Shown: positions 47,480 to 59,924, counted from the first letter of the stretch. The stretch: 64,000 bases of DNA from Anthoceros angustus (GCA_010909165.1 MU008160.1:930001-994000), one strand, 5' to 3'. Notes: generated from the letters alone by a model not told the origin. Translations and numbers: made by a program.

Positions 47480-50085
47480 ACCGAGGCTTCTGACAAGCAT
47501 CCTGACCAAGGCTTCAAGCACCCTATGTAAGTTTACTAAACAAGCCGAGGTTTCAAGCACCCTAACCAAGGCCTCAAGCACCTCGTCTGAGGCCTCAAGC
47601 ATCATGTGCAAGTTTACTGACAGACTGAGGCCTCAAGCATCCTGACCGAGGCCTCAAGCATCCTGTGTAAGTTTACTAAACAGATTGAGGCCTCAAGCAC
47701 CCTGACCGAGGCCTCAAGCATCCTATTCAAGTTTTCTAAAAAGACTGAGGCCTCAAGCACCCTGACCGAGGCCTTAAGCATCCTAACCGAGGCCTCAAGC
47801 ATCCTGTGTAAGTTTACTAAACAGATTGAGGCCTCAAGCACGCTGACCGAGGCCTCAAGCACGCTGACCGAGGCCTCAAGCACCCTGACCGAGGCCTCAA
47901 GCATCGACCGAGGCCTCAAGCATCCTGTAAGTTTACTAAGCAGTTGAGGCCTCAAGCACCACAGAGGCCTTAAGCATCCTATGCAAGTTTACTAAGCAGA
48001 CCAAGGCCTCAAGCACCACGACTATGTAGAGTTGCTTGTCTTTATGCATCTTGCCATAGTTGGCATCAAACCATATAAAAATTCTCATGTATCATACCAT
48101 GGTTGTCGCCAAACCATACAAAAATTGTAAGTGGTTGCATTCTAATGTCGAATCTTTCTCCCAGCATATGTCAAAACTTTCTTCCAGCATATGTATCGAT
48201 AAAGGAGAGCAACATGGTAATTGTGGTGGTAAACACGTCAATCATTACTTTAAAAAATTATAAATAATAAATTCAGCCGAAAAATGGTTTCGATTAGGCC
48301 ATTCAAAGTTTTGTAACTTGTTAAGATGACAAAGTTGCAAAAATTGAGAATTATACAAACCGAGGCCTCAAGCATCCTGTAAGTTTACTAAGATTGAGGC
48401 CTCAAGCACTGACCGAGGCCTCAAGACGCTGACCGAGGCCTCAAGCACCACCGAGGCCTCAAGCATCCCGACAGGCCTCAAGCATCTGTAAGTTTACTAA
48501 GCAGTTGAGGCCTCAAGCACCTGACCGAGGCCTTAAGCATCCTATGCAAGTTTACTAAGCAGACCAAGGCCTCAAGCACCACGACTATGTAGAGTTGCTT
48601 GTCTTTATGCATCTTGCCATAGTTGGCATCAAACCATATAAAAATTCTCATGTATCATACCATGGTTGTCGCCAAACCATACAAAAATTGTAAGTGGTTG
48701 CATTCTAATGTCGAATCTTTCTCCCGATATGTCAAAACTTTCTTCCATATGTATCGATAAAGGAGAGCAACATGGTAATTGTGGTAAGCACGTCAATCAT
48801 TACTTTAAAAAATTATAAATAATAAATTCAGCCGAAAAATGGTTTCGATTAGGCCATTCAAAGTTTTGTAACTTGTTAAGATGACAAAGTTGCAAAAATT
48901 GAGAATTATACAAACCGAGGCCTCAAGCATCCTGTGTAAGTTTACTAAGCAGTTGAGGCCTCAAGCACGCTGACCGAGGCCTCAAGCACTCGAGGAGGCC
49001 TCAAGCATCGACCGAGGCCTCAAGCATCCCGTAAGTTTACTAAGCAGTTGAGGCCTCAAGCACCAGAGGCCTTAAGCATCCTATGCAAGTTTACTAAGCA
49101 GACCAAGGCCTCAAGCACCACGACTATGTAGAGTTGCTTGTCTTTATGCATCTTGCCATAGTTGGCATCAAACCATATAAAAATTCTCATGTATCATACC
49201 ATGGTTGTCGCCAAACCATACAAAAATTGTAAGTGGTTGCATTCTAATGTCGAATCTTTCTCCCAGCATATGTCAAAACTTTCTTCCAGCATATGTATCG
49301 ATAAAGGAGAGCAACATGGTAATTGTGGTGGTAAGCACGTCAATCATTACTTTAAAAAATTATAAATAATAAATTCAGCCGAAAAATGGTTTGATTAGGC
49401 CATTCAAAGTTTTGTAACTTGTTAAGATGACAAAGTTGCAAAAATTGAGAATTATACAAACCGAGGCCTCAAGCATCCTGTAAGTTTACTAAGCAGTTGA
49501 GGCCTCAAGCACGAGGCCTCAAGCCGCTGACCGAGGCCTCAAGCACCACCGAGGCCTCAAGCATCGACCGAGGCCTCAAGCATCCTGTGTAAGTTTACTA
49601 AGCAGTTGAGGCCTCAAGCACCACAGCCAGGGGCCTCAAGCATCTGTGTAAGTTTACTAAGCAGTTGAGGCCTCAAGCACCTGACCGAGGCCTTAAGCAT
49701 CCTATGCAAGTTTACTAAGCAGACCAAGGCCTCAAGCACCACGACTATGTAGAGTTGCTTGTCTTTATGCATCTTGCCATAGTTGGCATCAAACCATATA
49801 AAAATTCTCATGTATCATACCATGGTTGTCGCCAAACCATACAAAAATTGTAAGTGGTTGCATTCTAATGTCGAATCTTTCTCCCAGCATATGTCAAAAC
49901 TTTCTTCCAGCATATGTATCGATAAAGGAGAGCAACATGGTAATTGTGGTGGTAAGCACGTCAATCATTACTTTAAAAAAAATTATAAATAATAAATTCA
50001 GCCGAAAAATGGTTTCAGTTAGGCCATTCAAAGTTTTGTAACTTGTTAAGATGACAAAGTTGCAAAAAATTGAGAATTATACAAA
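47480..50085 (+). repeat. Higher-order tandem array: ~15-36-bp GAGGCCTCAAGCA subunits interleaved with four ~360-bp AT-rich blocks
   Basis: gaccaaggcctcaagcaccacgactatgtagag at ~48000, 48562, 49100 and 49722; the 67-69-aa MASNHIK ORF recurs. Confidence 0.9.
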
Positions 50086-50669
50086 TCTAATTCGATACAA
50101 TGTCGGTCTAATTGTTCAATTGAGTGTAAGGCATGTATGATGTGCTAAATTATTGGAAACTGTTTGCGGGCTGCGAGCACAGCGGTGGGCGTGCCGGCTT
50201 GCAGGTTGCGAGCATAGCGGTGGGGCGCAAGCTTACGGTCTGCGAGCACAGCAGTGGGCGCAAGCTTGCGGGCTGCGAGCACATCAGTGAGCGGATAGAA
50301 GCGGGTTGCAAGGCAGGCAAGCTTGTGCTTCGAGCACAGTGGCGGGCTTCAAGCACAACGAGGGGCTTCAAGCACAGCGGCGGGCCTCGAGCACAGCCGC
50401 GGGCTACGAGCGTTTTCAAATCAGGAGCCTAGGAGGTGGGAGCGCTTTGTTGCTAACATTGCTGCTACCATGTTGACTCGATGCTGACATGTTGAATTCC
50501 GAGATTTGAATTGAACAATGGTTTAAATTTGGTGGTACATCCCTAATCACGCCTGAAGGAGAATCGAGCGTGATAAGGGGTGTACGGGCACCTATCGACT
50601 AAGGAAATTTGAGCCCTAATCTTTGCCCATGTCCCCCTCACATGGCAGGGTGTCAATTGGGGAGCACGC

Positions 50670-51450
50670 TTGCAGAAATTTGCACGATTGGAGGTTCCAA
50701 GATGGCGGGTAAATGAGGCATTGCGTGAACTACAGCCAGAGCATTTGGTGAGGAGAGCTCATATATGCATCCGGCGTGTCCAATACATGAATCTCGGGCA
50801 CATGGACTATGAGTCGAACATTGGTGCTAACTTGTTGACAAGGTGACATGCTTGGGATAAGTTGTATCGATACTACATGAACGTGCACACGTGCATAGAT
50901 GGGGTAACCCACTTTGTCACCTGGTGCGTGTTGGAGGATAACAAGCAAGGTCTGACCATTTTCAATGCCTATGCTTAGTTTGTGAGACAGTTTGGGCACC
51001 CTCTGAAGCTTCGTTCGGACTTTGTGGCGGAACACAACCTCATTGAAGACGACATGAACAGAGCAAGGCCTCAGGAACGAGGCAGCAGCTTCATCCGTGG
51101 TCCTTCTATCCACAACCAGGTAGGCTTGGTGTGGGCAATCGCTAGCCTACACAGGGATGGGAGCATCACTAACTTGTGAAGGCGTTTCATCGAATGCAAC
51201 GGATTGAGCACTTCTGACAGTCGCTGTCTAACAAGTGGGACTTCCTATTAAGTCCTACATGGAAGAATTGGAGGAGAGCGAGGAACTAGATGTGACAAAC
51301 CCCCAGCACATGCACTCGCTGCATGCAACGTTCCTGCCCACCATGAGGGTGGAGTTGGAAAGGATGGTAGGCGGTGCAACCCCCTCTTACTTGAACGGTG
51401 CGCAACGGAGACCGGTGCCCAACTTGCGGGGACACTATGCTTAGAACGTG
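50670..51450 (+). pseudogene. IS3/IS481-like integrase-core (DDE) transposase relic, probably intron-containing
   Basis: VPRWRVNEALRELQPEHLVRR..IRRVQY, WDKLYRYYMNVHTCIDGVTHFVTW..DNK..TIFNAY and FGHPLKLRSD..EH....M.RAR...RGSSFIRGPSIHNQ followed by a gtaggc donor; internal stops. Confidence 0.68.
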
Positions 51451-51604
51451 GCTCCCGCAATGCCGCCACTTCACAACATCCAATTGCTAACGGAGGTGCG
51501 AACAAGCAGCTAGGATCCATTGGGGTTTTGCATTTGTTATTGGTCTTTAGTTGTTATGGACTATACATTTGGTGAGGATCTGATATATCGAGCGCCTGCG
51601 GTTT

Positions 51605-51765
51605 TGCATTGTTAGCTTGTTGACGTGTTTGCATGTCACATTGTTGACATGTTTGATTGTCACATTATTGACGTGTTTGCATATCAGCTTGTTGACATAT
51701 TTGCATGTCACCTTGTTGACGTGTTTGCATGTCACCTTGTTGACGTGTTTGCATGTCATGTTGGT
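51605..51765 (+). repeat. 24-bp tandem repeat, ~6 copies
   Basis: ttgttgacgtgtttgcatgtcac(c/a). Confidence 0.85.
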
Positions 51766-51929
51766 ACGACACACATTAGGTACATATTTGAATAAGGTTT
51801 TTATGCTCAATCACAAGTCGCATAGCTCGAGAAACATTGCTTAAGTTGTCAGGCTCGTGATTCGAGTGTTGCATGAGTCACTTGTTTTTTCAACACACAA
51901 TGTGGTATACCAAACCTCGCTTTAACCCC

Positions 51930-52860
51930 TTTGTCAATCTACGCAAGACCAAGATTATGCAGTTCCCTAGATAAGAAAGGTAAGTGCAAATTCTATTATG
52001 ATGGTCAAGAGGTGGAGATGGTCTGCTCCTATACGTATCTAGGTGTCACTATTTTTGGCCCCAATTTCAACTGGACCTCTTCTACCTCTTCTCGTGCTAC
52101 AAAGGGGATGAGCTATGTTTTTGCTTTACGCCATGCTTTATACATGATGAATATTCAGGATATCAACCTTTGGAAGTAGCTTTTGTCCACGTTGGTCATT
52201 CTGTTTGCATTGTATGGTGCTGAAATATGGGGTCCGAATCTCTCTCCATCGTCTTTGGCAAAGGTGGAAAAGGTTCAAGCTTCCTTTATTCGAGCTCACA
52301 TTGACTAGAAGCGCTCGACCCCTTTACATATCCTCCTTTCTGAAATTTGTCACCTTTCCCCTTGAACTTGAGGGCCTTTTTTGCCTGTCTTCTTTCCTCT
52401 ACTGCCTTCAGTTCTTTGACATTGCCAACCCCAATCTTTCCCCGTACCGCCTACTGACCTATAGGTCTTCCCGTTCGCTTTGGCTCAATACTGATTCTCA
52501 GGCTTCCTTTTGTTGGCTCTCTCAAGTCTCTAAACTCCCAACTTAGCCTACTCCCTACTCCATGCAAGACCATTGCAAGCTCCCTACTTGCAATGGTCTA
52601 GAGCTTGCAAAATGGCAAACTCTAGACTCTATCTCTTCTAGCTTTTTGACCGTCAGTAGGCTTTGTCAGACTCCTTATAGGTTTTGCCTCTTTTTTTCCT
52701 CTTTTTCCTCCTTTATCACTTCTTAAAGAGTTCTTGTTTTTCTAGTTTAGACGTACATATGTGTATTCGGTTTTTCCCCTCTTTTACGTTGTACTATCTC
52801 TGTCCCATGATGGTCCTTCCATCCTTAGCGGACATAATAAAGTTGTCGTTGTGGTTGTTG
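51930..52860 (+). mobile_element. 5'-truncated LINE relic (RT C-terminus, 3' UTR and GTT-type tail)
   Basis: FYYDGQEVEMVCSYTYLGVTI, LYGAEIWG and VEKVQASFIR; ends aataaagttgtcgttgtggttgttg. Confidence 0.7.
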
Positions 52861-53413
52861 CCACTCCGAAACATAGTTCATGGTGGGACCGTGTGTCTAG
52901 AGAGATTATTTTAGTACAGAGTGATCGATACACCATATGAGCTTTCCTTTTCACTGTCTGCTTGGTACACCATAGGAGCTTTCCTTTTTGCTATCTGCTT
53001 GGTACATCATAGGAGCTTTCCTTTTTGTTGTCTGCTGGGGAGGTTTGAAGACCTGGTGTCTCATGTTGTAACAGAAATATGCTGCACATCGAGAACTCTC
53101 GTTACCAGCTCAATGAAGTCATGATTGTAGAAATCTCCAATTAGAGATGGTTGAACACAATATGCATACGTTCAAAATACAGATGCCATGAATATCGAGA
53201 TAACACCCCATCTAAAAGAAAGGTGGAGACTTTATAAAAAAGAAGAGATGGAAAAACCCAACGCCGAATGTCGATCCCAAAACTACCAACCGTCCCAAGT
53301 ATGTTGTGGTCAGAGACAAGAAAAGGCCTACCTACGACCAGTGTCGCTGATGCCGCATCTCCACGCTCGTTGCCATCCTACAAATAGCGTTGGCCAATGC
53401 TTCTGCAAGGCAA

Positions 53414-53592
53414 TGTCAATAAAAAGAGTTTAACCCCGCCCTTGGGTTGTGTAAGTTAGGGCTAGTTATTTGTAACTTAGGGTTACACATACAATTTTGT
53501 ATTTAACGGACACTTGTGTTTAATTTATTCATTTCGCTTCTTGTGCACTTGTGAGTGTTTGTGTACGAGAGCTTCCGCTTTATTTATTCTCA
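53414..53592 (+). repeat. 5' LTR
   Basis: tgtcaataaaaagag...tttattctca. Confidence 0.97.
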
Positions 53593-53604
53593 TGGTATCA
53601 GAGC
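53593..53604 (+). promoter_or_regulatory. Primer binding site, tRNA-iMet
   Basis: TGGTATCAGAGC immediately after the 5' LTR. Confidence 0.95.
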
Positions 53605-53806
53605 AGGATACAATTTAGTGTTAATATGCTGGGTCTATAGATCGCATTATGCACATAATCTAGCGCACTCTATTCTAGAGTAGGCTACGTTGTGTGCATA
53701 ATGGGTTGTAGACCCTGCATGCTGAGCACTAGGTTAATTGATCCTGGAAAAATTCTAAACTTCTAATTAATGATGCTTTTGGAAGTCACTAGAGAATCTT
53801 GTCGAT

Positions 53807-54355
53807 ATGACTCGTAGGAATTCCAATCGTCCTCAGCGGGCTGTTGGGCATTTCTGCAATCACAGGACTAGGTGTCACTCACCTAGTGAAAATTCACATA
53901 GCTATTTGGAGGAGGCAGACTACTCACCTAGTCTGATTCGGTCTCAAAGGCCTGCTGAATTGATTCTTGAGTCACAGCCCAATTTTCACCTCAACAGAAG
54001 TCAGCGCAGAGCTGAATTTAGGAGGAGTACGGCTGCGCATCGACGAGAGAATCCAGTGTTAGAAGACGATCAGACAACGAGACAATCCATTTCAAGTCTA
54101 CGTGCAGAGATTGCTGCTAGATTCTCAGTCCAGGAGGAGGCCGTCGCAAGACTGAATTCCATTACTCTGCGATCTTGGCAATTGACCTCTACAATCTTAC
54201 AAGCAGTTCAGCGTGCTGATAGCCACGTCATTAGGACACACGACTGCCTGGTTGATGTTGGAGGAGCGGTGATTCTCCTTGCCGCTCATCAGGGGTTGAC
54301 GCTAAATACCTGGCCTGCCGTCTTAAGAGGATTGGATCAGATCACATTGAAGTAG
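53807..54355 (+). CDS. Extra 182-aa ORF in the copia leader, function unknown
   Basis: ATG-initiated open frame between PBS and gag, with an amphipathic helical C-terminal half. Confidence 0.45.
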   Translation: MTRRNSNRPQRAVGHFCNHRTRCHSPSENSHSYLEEADYSPSLIRSQRPAELILESQPNFHLNRSQRRAEFRRSTAAHRRENPVLEDDQTTRQSISSLRAEIAARFSVQEEAVARLNSITLRSWQLTSTILQAVQRADSHVIRTHDCLVDVGGAVILLAAHQGLTLNTWPAVLRGLDQITLK

Positions 54356-54825
54356 CGAGACGAGACCAACCAACCTCGCTACACCGCAAGGAAGGCAGGA
54401 AACAGAGGCGGCTTGATCTGTGCTGGATTCAGCGCTGGTGGGCGCTCCAACGCAAGCGCAGGGCATGAGCCAACGCCTGGCGACGGGGGTCTTCAGCCAG
54501 CTACCAACCGTCGTGGTCATCAGACATGACGGTTGGTTATTCTTGACATCTGTCACCGAACGTCACTTGTGAGTAGGCATCTTGCCCTAAGAATAGCGTT
54601 TCATATCATGGTGAGTTGTGAACGGGTGCTAACCTAATGAAACGTTACCTTCGCATTTTACCTATCGATTCATGTCGTTTTGGGGCTATTCCGACAGAGA
54701 GGTAGATGAGTCTTCAGATGTAGAGTAAGACTTCTTACAGTCACTTGCATCACAGTTTCCAGTGTTTGCTCTTCTTGCTTTCCTGGAGAATCAGACACTT
54801 CCATTACCTCACTAATATAGCCCAC

Positions 54826-57800
54826 ATGGGTACCGTTGTAGCTGGTCAGTCCACCTCTGTTGGTTCCTCTTACTCTGGGGAATTCAAAGAAAAGGACAGG
54901 TTTGACGGGAAGCCTGCCAGATTCGAGAGCTGGAAAGCCAGAATGAAGGCAAACTTGAATGCACGTGATGTCTTGGAGTTTGTGGATGGAACGATTCCGA
55001 ATCCACACACTGTTCCATCAACTGCAGCACAACAACCCACAGCTGATGATATAGCAAAGTGGAACAAAGGAAATAAAGTTGCATTTGCTATCATTCTGAG
55101 TGGGCTAGATGAAACCACTGTCACTGAAGTGGAATTTCTGGAGACGGCAGCCGCTGTTTGGACCCAATTAGTGGACACGTACCAAGTTCAAAATGTCTGC
55201 ACCTTGATTCATGTTCGAGAACAATTTCACAGTCTGAGGATGAAGGAAGGGGATCCAGTTGGAGCCTATGTCACAAAGTTGAGGTACCTCCGGGCACAGT
55301 TGTCTGCGGTTGGTGCCAAGACGACTGATGTGGAGATGGTTGCTCAGCTGTTGACCGGCTTGCCTCATCGGACTTTTATCTCGAGCGTCGTCTTATGCGC
55401 CTATGCCGCAGCAAGTGGTCAGCCGACCTCCCTGAACTTGAATGAAATCATTGGTGCGCTTCTGCAAGAGGAGCAAAGCCGTCATAAGCCTTATGGCACT
55501 CGTCTTCGAGGCGAGAAGGTCCTTTTTGCAGCAAAAGGCAAAGGACCTTGGAAGGGCAAAGGGAAGAAGGGTGCTTACTCACCTCACATCCAAACCTCCT
55601 CGATGCCTGCCACACCCAAACGGCAAGGCAGCTGTAATTGGTGCCAGGTGCCAGGCCACTGGGAACGTGACTGCCGCAAAAAGAAAGCCGGTGAAGCCAA
55701 GAAGGAAAGCAAACCTGAGGCCCATGTCACATCCAATGAGAAGAATTCGACTCAGCAGAAACATAAGAGCAGCAGTTCTGTACTAACTGTGTGCTTTACT
55801 TCATACAGGGGAACTTCATCATCCTGGTTTGTTGATTCAGGTGCTACTGCACATGTCTGTAACAACCGCCAGCTTTTCTCTACCTTGCACAAACAGAGGT
55901 CACCTCAGTCTGTCTACGTTGGTGACTCTAGAGGTGTTGAAGTCAAGGGCTGTGGAGTTGTAGTTATACCTTTGCTAGGAGGTGCTTCCTTGCGCTTAGA
56001 AGATGTGTTGTATGTACCCGACATGAGCAAAAATCTTCTGAGCATTAGGGCTGTTGCACAAAGTCAGCAATATGGCTTCCGTTTTGAGGATAGAAAATGC
56101 TACATCTATGAGCTAAGTTGTCCTCAAGACTATGTAGCCAAGGCCATACTAGTGGATGACCTATACCAGCTAGTCACAGTTTCTAAGTCAAAAACTAGGG
56201 CCTTAGTTGCTGCATCTTATGCACAAGCTAATCTCTGGCATGCTAGATTGGGTCATGTCAACAAGTTTAAGCTTAATGTCATGGCCAATTCAGATTTGTA
56301 TAGGGAAAAATTACCTTCCTGTTTCAAGCTTTTAGAGTCCTGCAGTTCTTGTATTCTGTCCAAGCAGAAAGAGTTGCCTTTTAAAAACAAAGCGCCTAAT
56401 CGAGCTAAGGCCTTGCTTGAACTGATCCATGCTGACATTGCTGGGAAAATCCAAGTAAAGTCGTTAGGTGATGCAGAATACTATCTAACATTGACAGATG
56501 ATTTCTCAAGATACACGTGGACCTTCCCTATCAAACACAAGAGTGATGTGTATGAGCAGATTGCTTCCTGGATCCCTATGGTACAACGCCAGACAGGTCA
56601 TTTGGTGAAGTGTTTTCGGACTGATAACGGCGGAGAATTTACAGGCCAGAAGTTTGATGATCTCTTCCAGCAGTGTGGGATTATACGCCAACTCTCCGTA
56701 CCTTACACCCAGCAACAAAACGGGGTTGCTGAGAGAAAAAACCAAACTATTATGGGGATGACCAGGTGCATGCTATCATACACGCAGGCTACATAAAGTT
56801 ATCAAGGGCGCGTTACAGAATTACCTATTAAAATACAGCATCCGCCTATCGGAAAACACCCTATGAAGCTTTCTGGGGTAGGAAGCCAAGCTTGGTCCAT
56901 CTGAAGGTGTTCGGATCTCCTGCTTTTGCATTCATACCTGAAGCAAAGAGGAAAAAGTTAGATGATCGCTCTCGACAGTTGGTGTTTGTTGGATATTCAG
57001 AAGAGTCAAAGGCCTACAAGTTGTTTGACCCAGCTACGTCCAAGATAACTCTGTCAAGGAGTGCAACTTTTAAGGAGCTTGTCTTCCCTCATAATGAGTG
57101 TGCACAGACGCTCAGCCGTTCTTCTCGCCTGATTTGTTGGTGGACGATCAACGTCAGCCCTGCTCACTACCCCACCCGACGGAGAGTCACCAGATGCTGG
57201 CGATCATGCAGCTGTGAACGAGCTGATTGATCCTGATCCCCGCTTGGCCACCGACTCCTCACAACCTTCACCGCCACAGACATGATCAAATTCGTCGATG
57301 CAGTCCCGCCAAACAAGAGGAGAGTGATGAAGAACGATGCGATCTTGAAGTGTAGCGATCACGTTGATGATGGGTCTCAGATAGCTGTGTTCAAAGTTAT
57401 TCGAATGAAGAGGAGCACCATCTCGCAGCGGGGATTCATCCCAGGTACCGCTCGCGAACGTGCAGGCGTGATTGGCACGAACCTCCATATCAGGCCATTG
57501 ACTTTCGCAGGCCATCTGCCCATGTTACAGATGTCCATGTTCCTGAGGTTCGACCTGACCCTCAGAGTTATAAGGAAGCACTTGAAGGGCCTGATGGTCA
57601 TCACTGGAGGACTTCAATTGATGACGAATATAATTCGTTGATCAAAAACAACACCTGGGAACTTGCAGACTTGCCACCTGGACGAAAGCCGATCACGTGT
57701 AAGTGGGTCTTCAAAACTAAGCTGAAGGCAGATGGCTCTATTGCCCGGTATAAATCACGACTGGTGGCTCGGGGTTTTTCACAGATACCTGGCATAGACT

Positions 57801-59100
57801 ATGGAGACACGTTTTCTCCTGTTGTGAAGCCGTCTTCCGTCAGAATTCTACTTGCCATGGCTGCTCAATTTGACCTCGAACTCCATCAAATGGATGTGTG
57901 CACCGCCTTTCTCCATGGCGAACTCGAGGAGGTCTTGTATATGGTTCAGCCTGAAGGGTTCGTTGATAAGCAGTTCCCGGAGAAGTTCTGCAAGTTGCTG
58001 AAAACTTTGTACGGGCTTAAGCAAAGCCCCCGTGCCTGGTACAAAAGAATCATGAAGTTCCTCAAACAACATGGTTTTGTACAGTCCCCTGCGGATTCAA
58101 ATGTGTTTTACCTGGATACTGATGGGCTCTTTGTCATCCTAGCGCTCTATGTTGATGATGCGATCTTGCTTAGTAATCATCCTGAGCAGCTTGCTCAGGT
58201 AAAGGCCCTTCTTAGGTCTGAGTTCGAAATGACGGACCAGGGCCCCCTTGCATTCTGTCTTGGAATCCAGATTCTACGGGATAGGTCACAAGGCATCATC
58301 ATACTACATCAGACCAAATACATTAAAGAGATTCTGAAGAGGTTTAACTTGGATTCTGCTAAGCCCGTCTCAACACCTACAGCGGTGGGGGAGAAGTTGA
58401 CCTCGGAACAGTCACCACAGGATGCTGTTGATGAGACTTTGATGGCTGGTATTCCATATGCTCAGGCTGTAGGATGCTTGATCTTCCTTGCTAACTGGAC
58501 ACGCCCCGACATTAGCTACTCTGTCAGTGTTGTGTCACAGTTCTTGAAGGCACCTGGAAAAGCACATTGGGGTGCGGTTAAGCGCATATATCGATATCTC
58601 CGAGGCACCATACGATATGGTCTACACTATACCAAGACTGGTAAGAGGGAGTTTGACTTAACTTCATTTGCTGATGCCGACTGGGCGTCGGATGCAGACA
58701 CAAGGAAAAGTCTTTCAGCTCATGTGTTCTTGCTAGCTCAAGGTGCAGTGAATTGGTCTTGTAAGAAACAGACCTCCCTTGCGCTTTCCTCGACTGAAGC
58801 CGAGTACAAGGCCCTGACAGATGCGTGTAAGGAGTTACAATGGGAACGACAATTTCTAAATGCTGTTCACTTACCTCAGAAGGGCCCGACTTTGCTTCTG
58901 TGTGATAATTTATCAGCTATAGCCTTGGTTTCCAATCCCCGCTTTCATGCTAGAACCAAGCACATAGAACTTTATCATCATTATATCCGAGACGTGGCTG
59001 AAAGGGGCATAGTCAAGGTGGAATATGTCGATCTTGATAATCATCGGCGATGTTCTTACTAAGGGCCCGAGTGTCAAACACTACAAACATCTTTCAGCTT
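54826..59100 (+). CDS. Copia gag-pol polyprotein, broken by apparent frameshifts near 56790, 57100-57640 and 59030
   Basis: Zn knuckle CNWCQVPGHWERDC; protease VDSGATAH; WHARLGH..C..C; integrase IHADI/RTDNGGEF/QNGVAERKN; RT YKSRLVARGF, LYGLKQ, LYVDD; RNase H ADADWA, SSTEAEY, CDN. Confidence 0.93.
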
Positions 59101-59363
59101 CCGAGGGTGTTCCTATACCTCTGAAAAATTCACCTACCTATGGCAGCAGGTGTGGCAGCTGAAAGGAAAATTGACATGTCCTCGCAGGGACTACTTTTCA
59201 GTCTAAGTTCCTGGGCCGTTGTGGACAGGACATGTCCCTATGCCGTCTCTGTGCTGCATACAGGTTGAGTCACACAGTTGGCACGTTTAGTGGATGAAGC
59301 AGATTTGCTAAACCTAGTCGTGAATGTTGCCAAGCACGTGAGTTTACAAATGAGCTCACCAAG

Positions 59364-59924
59364 TTAGGACGTTGGCCGATGAACATAACCCAGGAGCTCC
59401 AATTCTCTGATAACAGCTCTACACTCAGCTGGAGTCAGAGGATGAGCAAGGATGTCCTTGGGCTGTGACTGCTGTAGTAGCTCCTCAAGCTCCTTCGTCC
59501 TCTCTCTCGCAGAATTAAGGACAGTCTTCAATTCGTCACACTTCTCTAACGTTTTATGGAGATGCCACAAGAGGTTCCGCTCAGTCTGACTTGACCACCA
59601 GGAGCTAGGGCTGGCATATTGAGTTGCGGCAGAGGGAGCTGACTGTTAAGTTGTTCTCCGTTGAGAGGAAACTCTGGTCTTTCCCTTGCTGTTGTGATGC
59701 TCAATCTTGGCCCTAGGTTGGTGAGTTCCCAGGTCACTGTCTTCCTCGTCTGTGCTGTAGCGTGAAGCTTCCTTCTCCTTTGGTGGTGATCGTGGTCTCT
59801 TCTGGCTAGGGAGCTCACAGTTCTTGATGCGGGCCATTGTTCTCTTCACCGCAATCAAACCTAAGAGGATCAAGGCGGTGCCGGCTATTAGTAGCAGGCC
59901 CCATGGCGCAGGTGTGTCTTCCAT
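59364..59924 (-). CDS. Antisense ORF in the copia 3' region (N-terminal TM helix, C-terminal coiled coil), one in-frame TAA at 59646-59648
   Basis: ORFs 59646-59993 and 59364-59570 share a frame and are open on both sides of the stop. WGLLLIAGTALILLGLIAV is hydrophobic; LEKCDELKTVLNSARERTKELEELLQQ is heptad-like. Confidence 0.55.

Larger units (their letters stand above)
46195..52937. mobile_element. Degenerate TIR DNA transposon (IS3EU-like) with repeat-rich interior and a nested LINE fragment
   Basis: Left end TATGGCGTACCGATCT; candidate right end GATCGATACACCATA (reverse complement TATGGTGTATCGATC); internal transposase relic. No matching TSD, so the right boundary is uncertain. Confidence 0.45.

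Noticed and set aside
48060-49992. Repeated 67-69-aa MASNHIK ORFs as a peptide gene family
   Set aside because: TTG starts within a tandem repeat, and one copy is disrupted.
47480-50085. CRISPR-like array (palindromic repeat plus spacers)
   Set aside because: Spacers are short and themselves repeated, there are no cas genes, and the context is eukaryotic.
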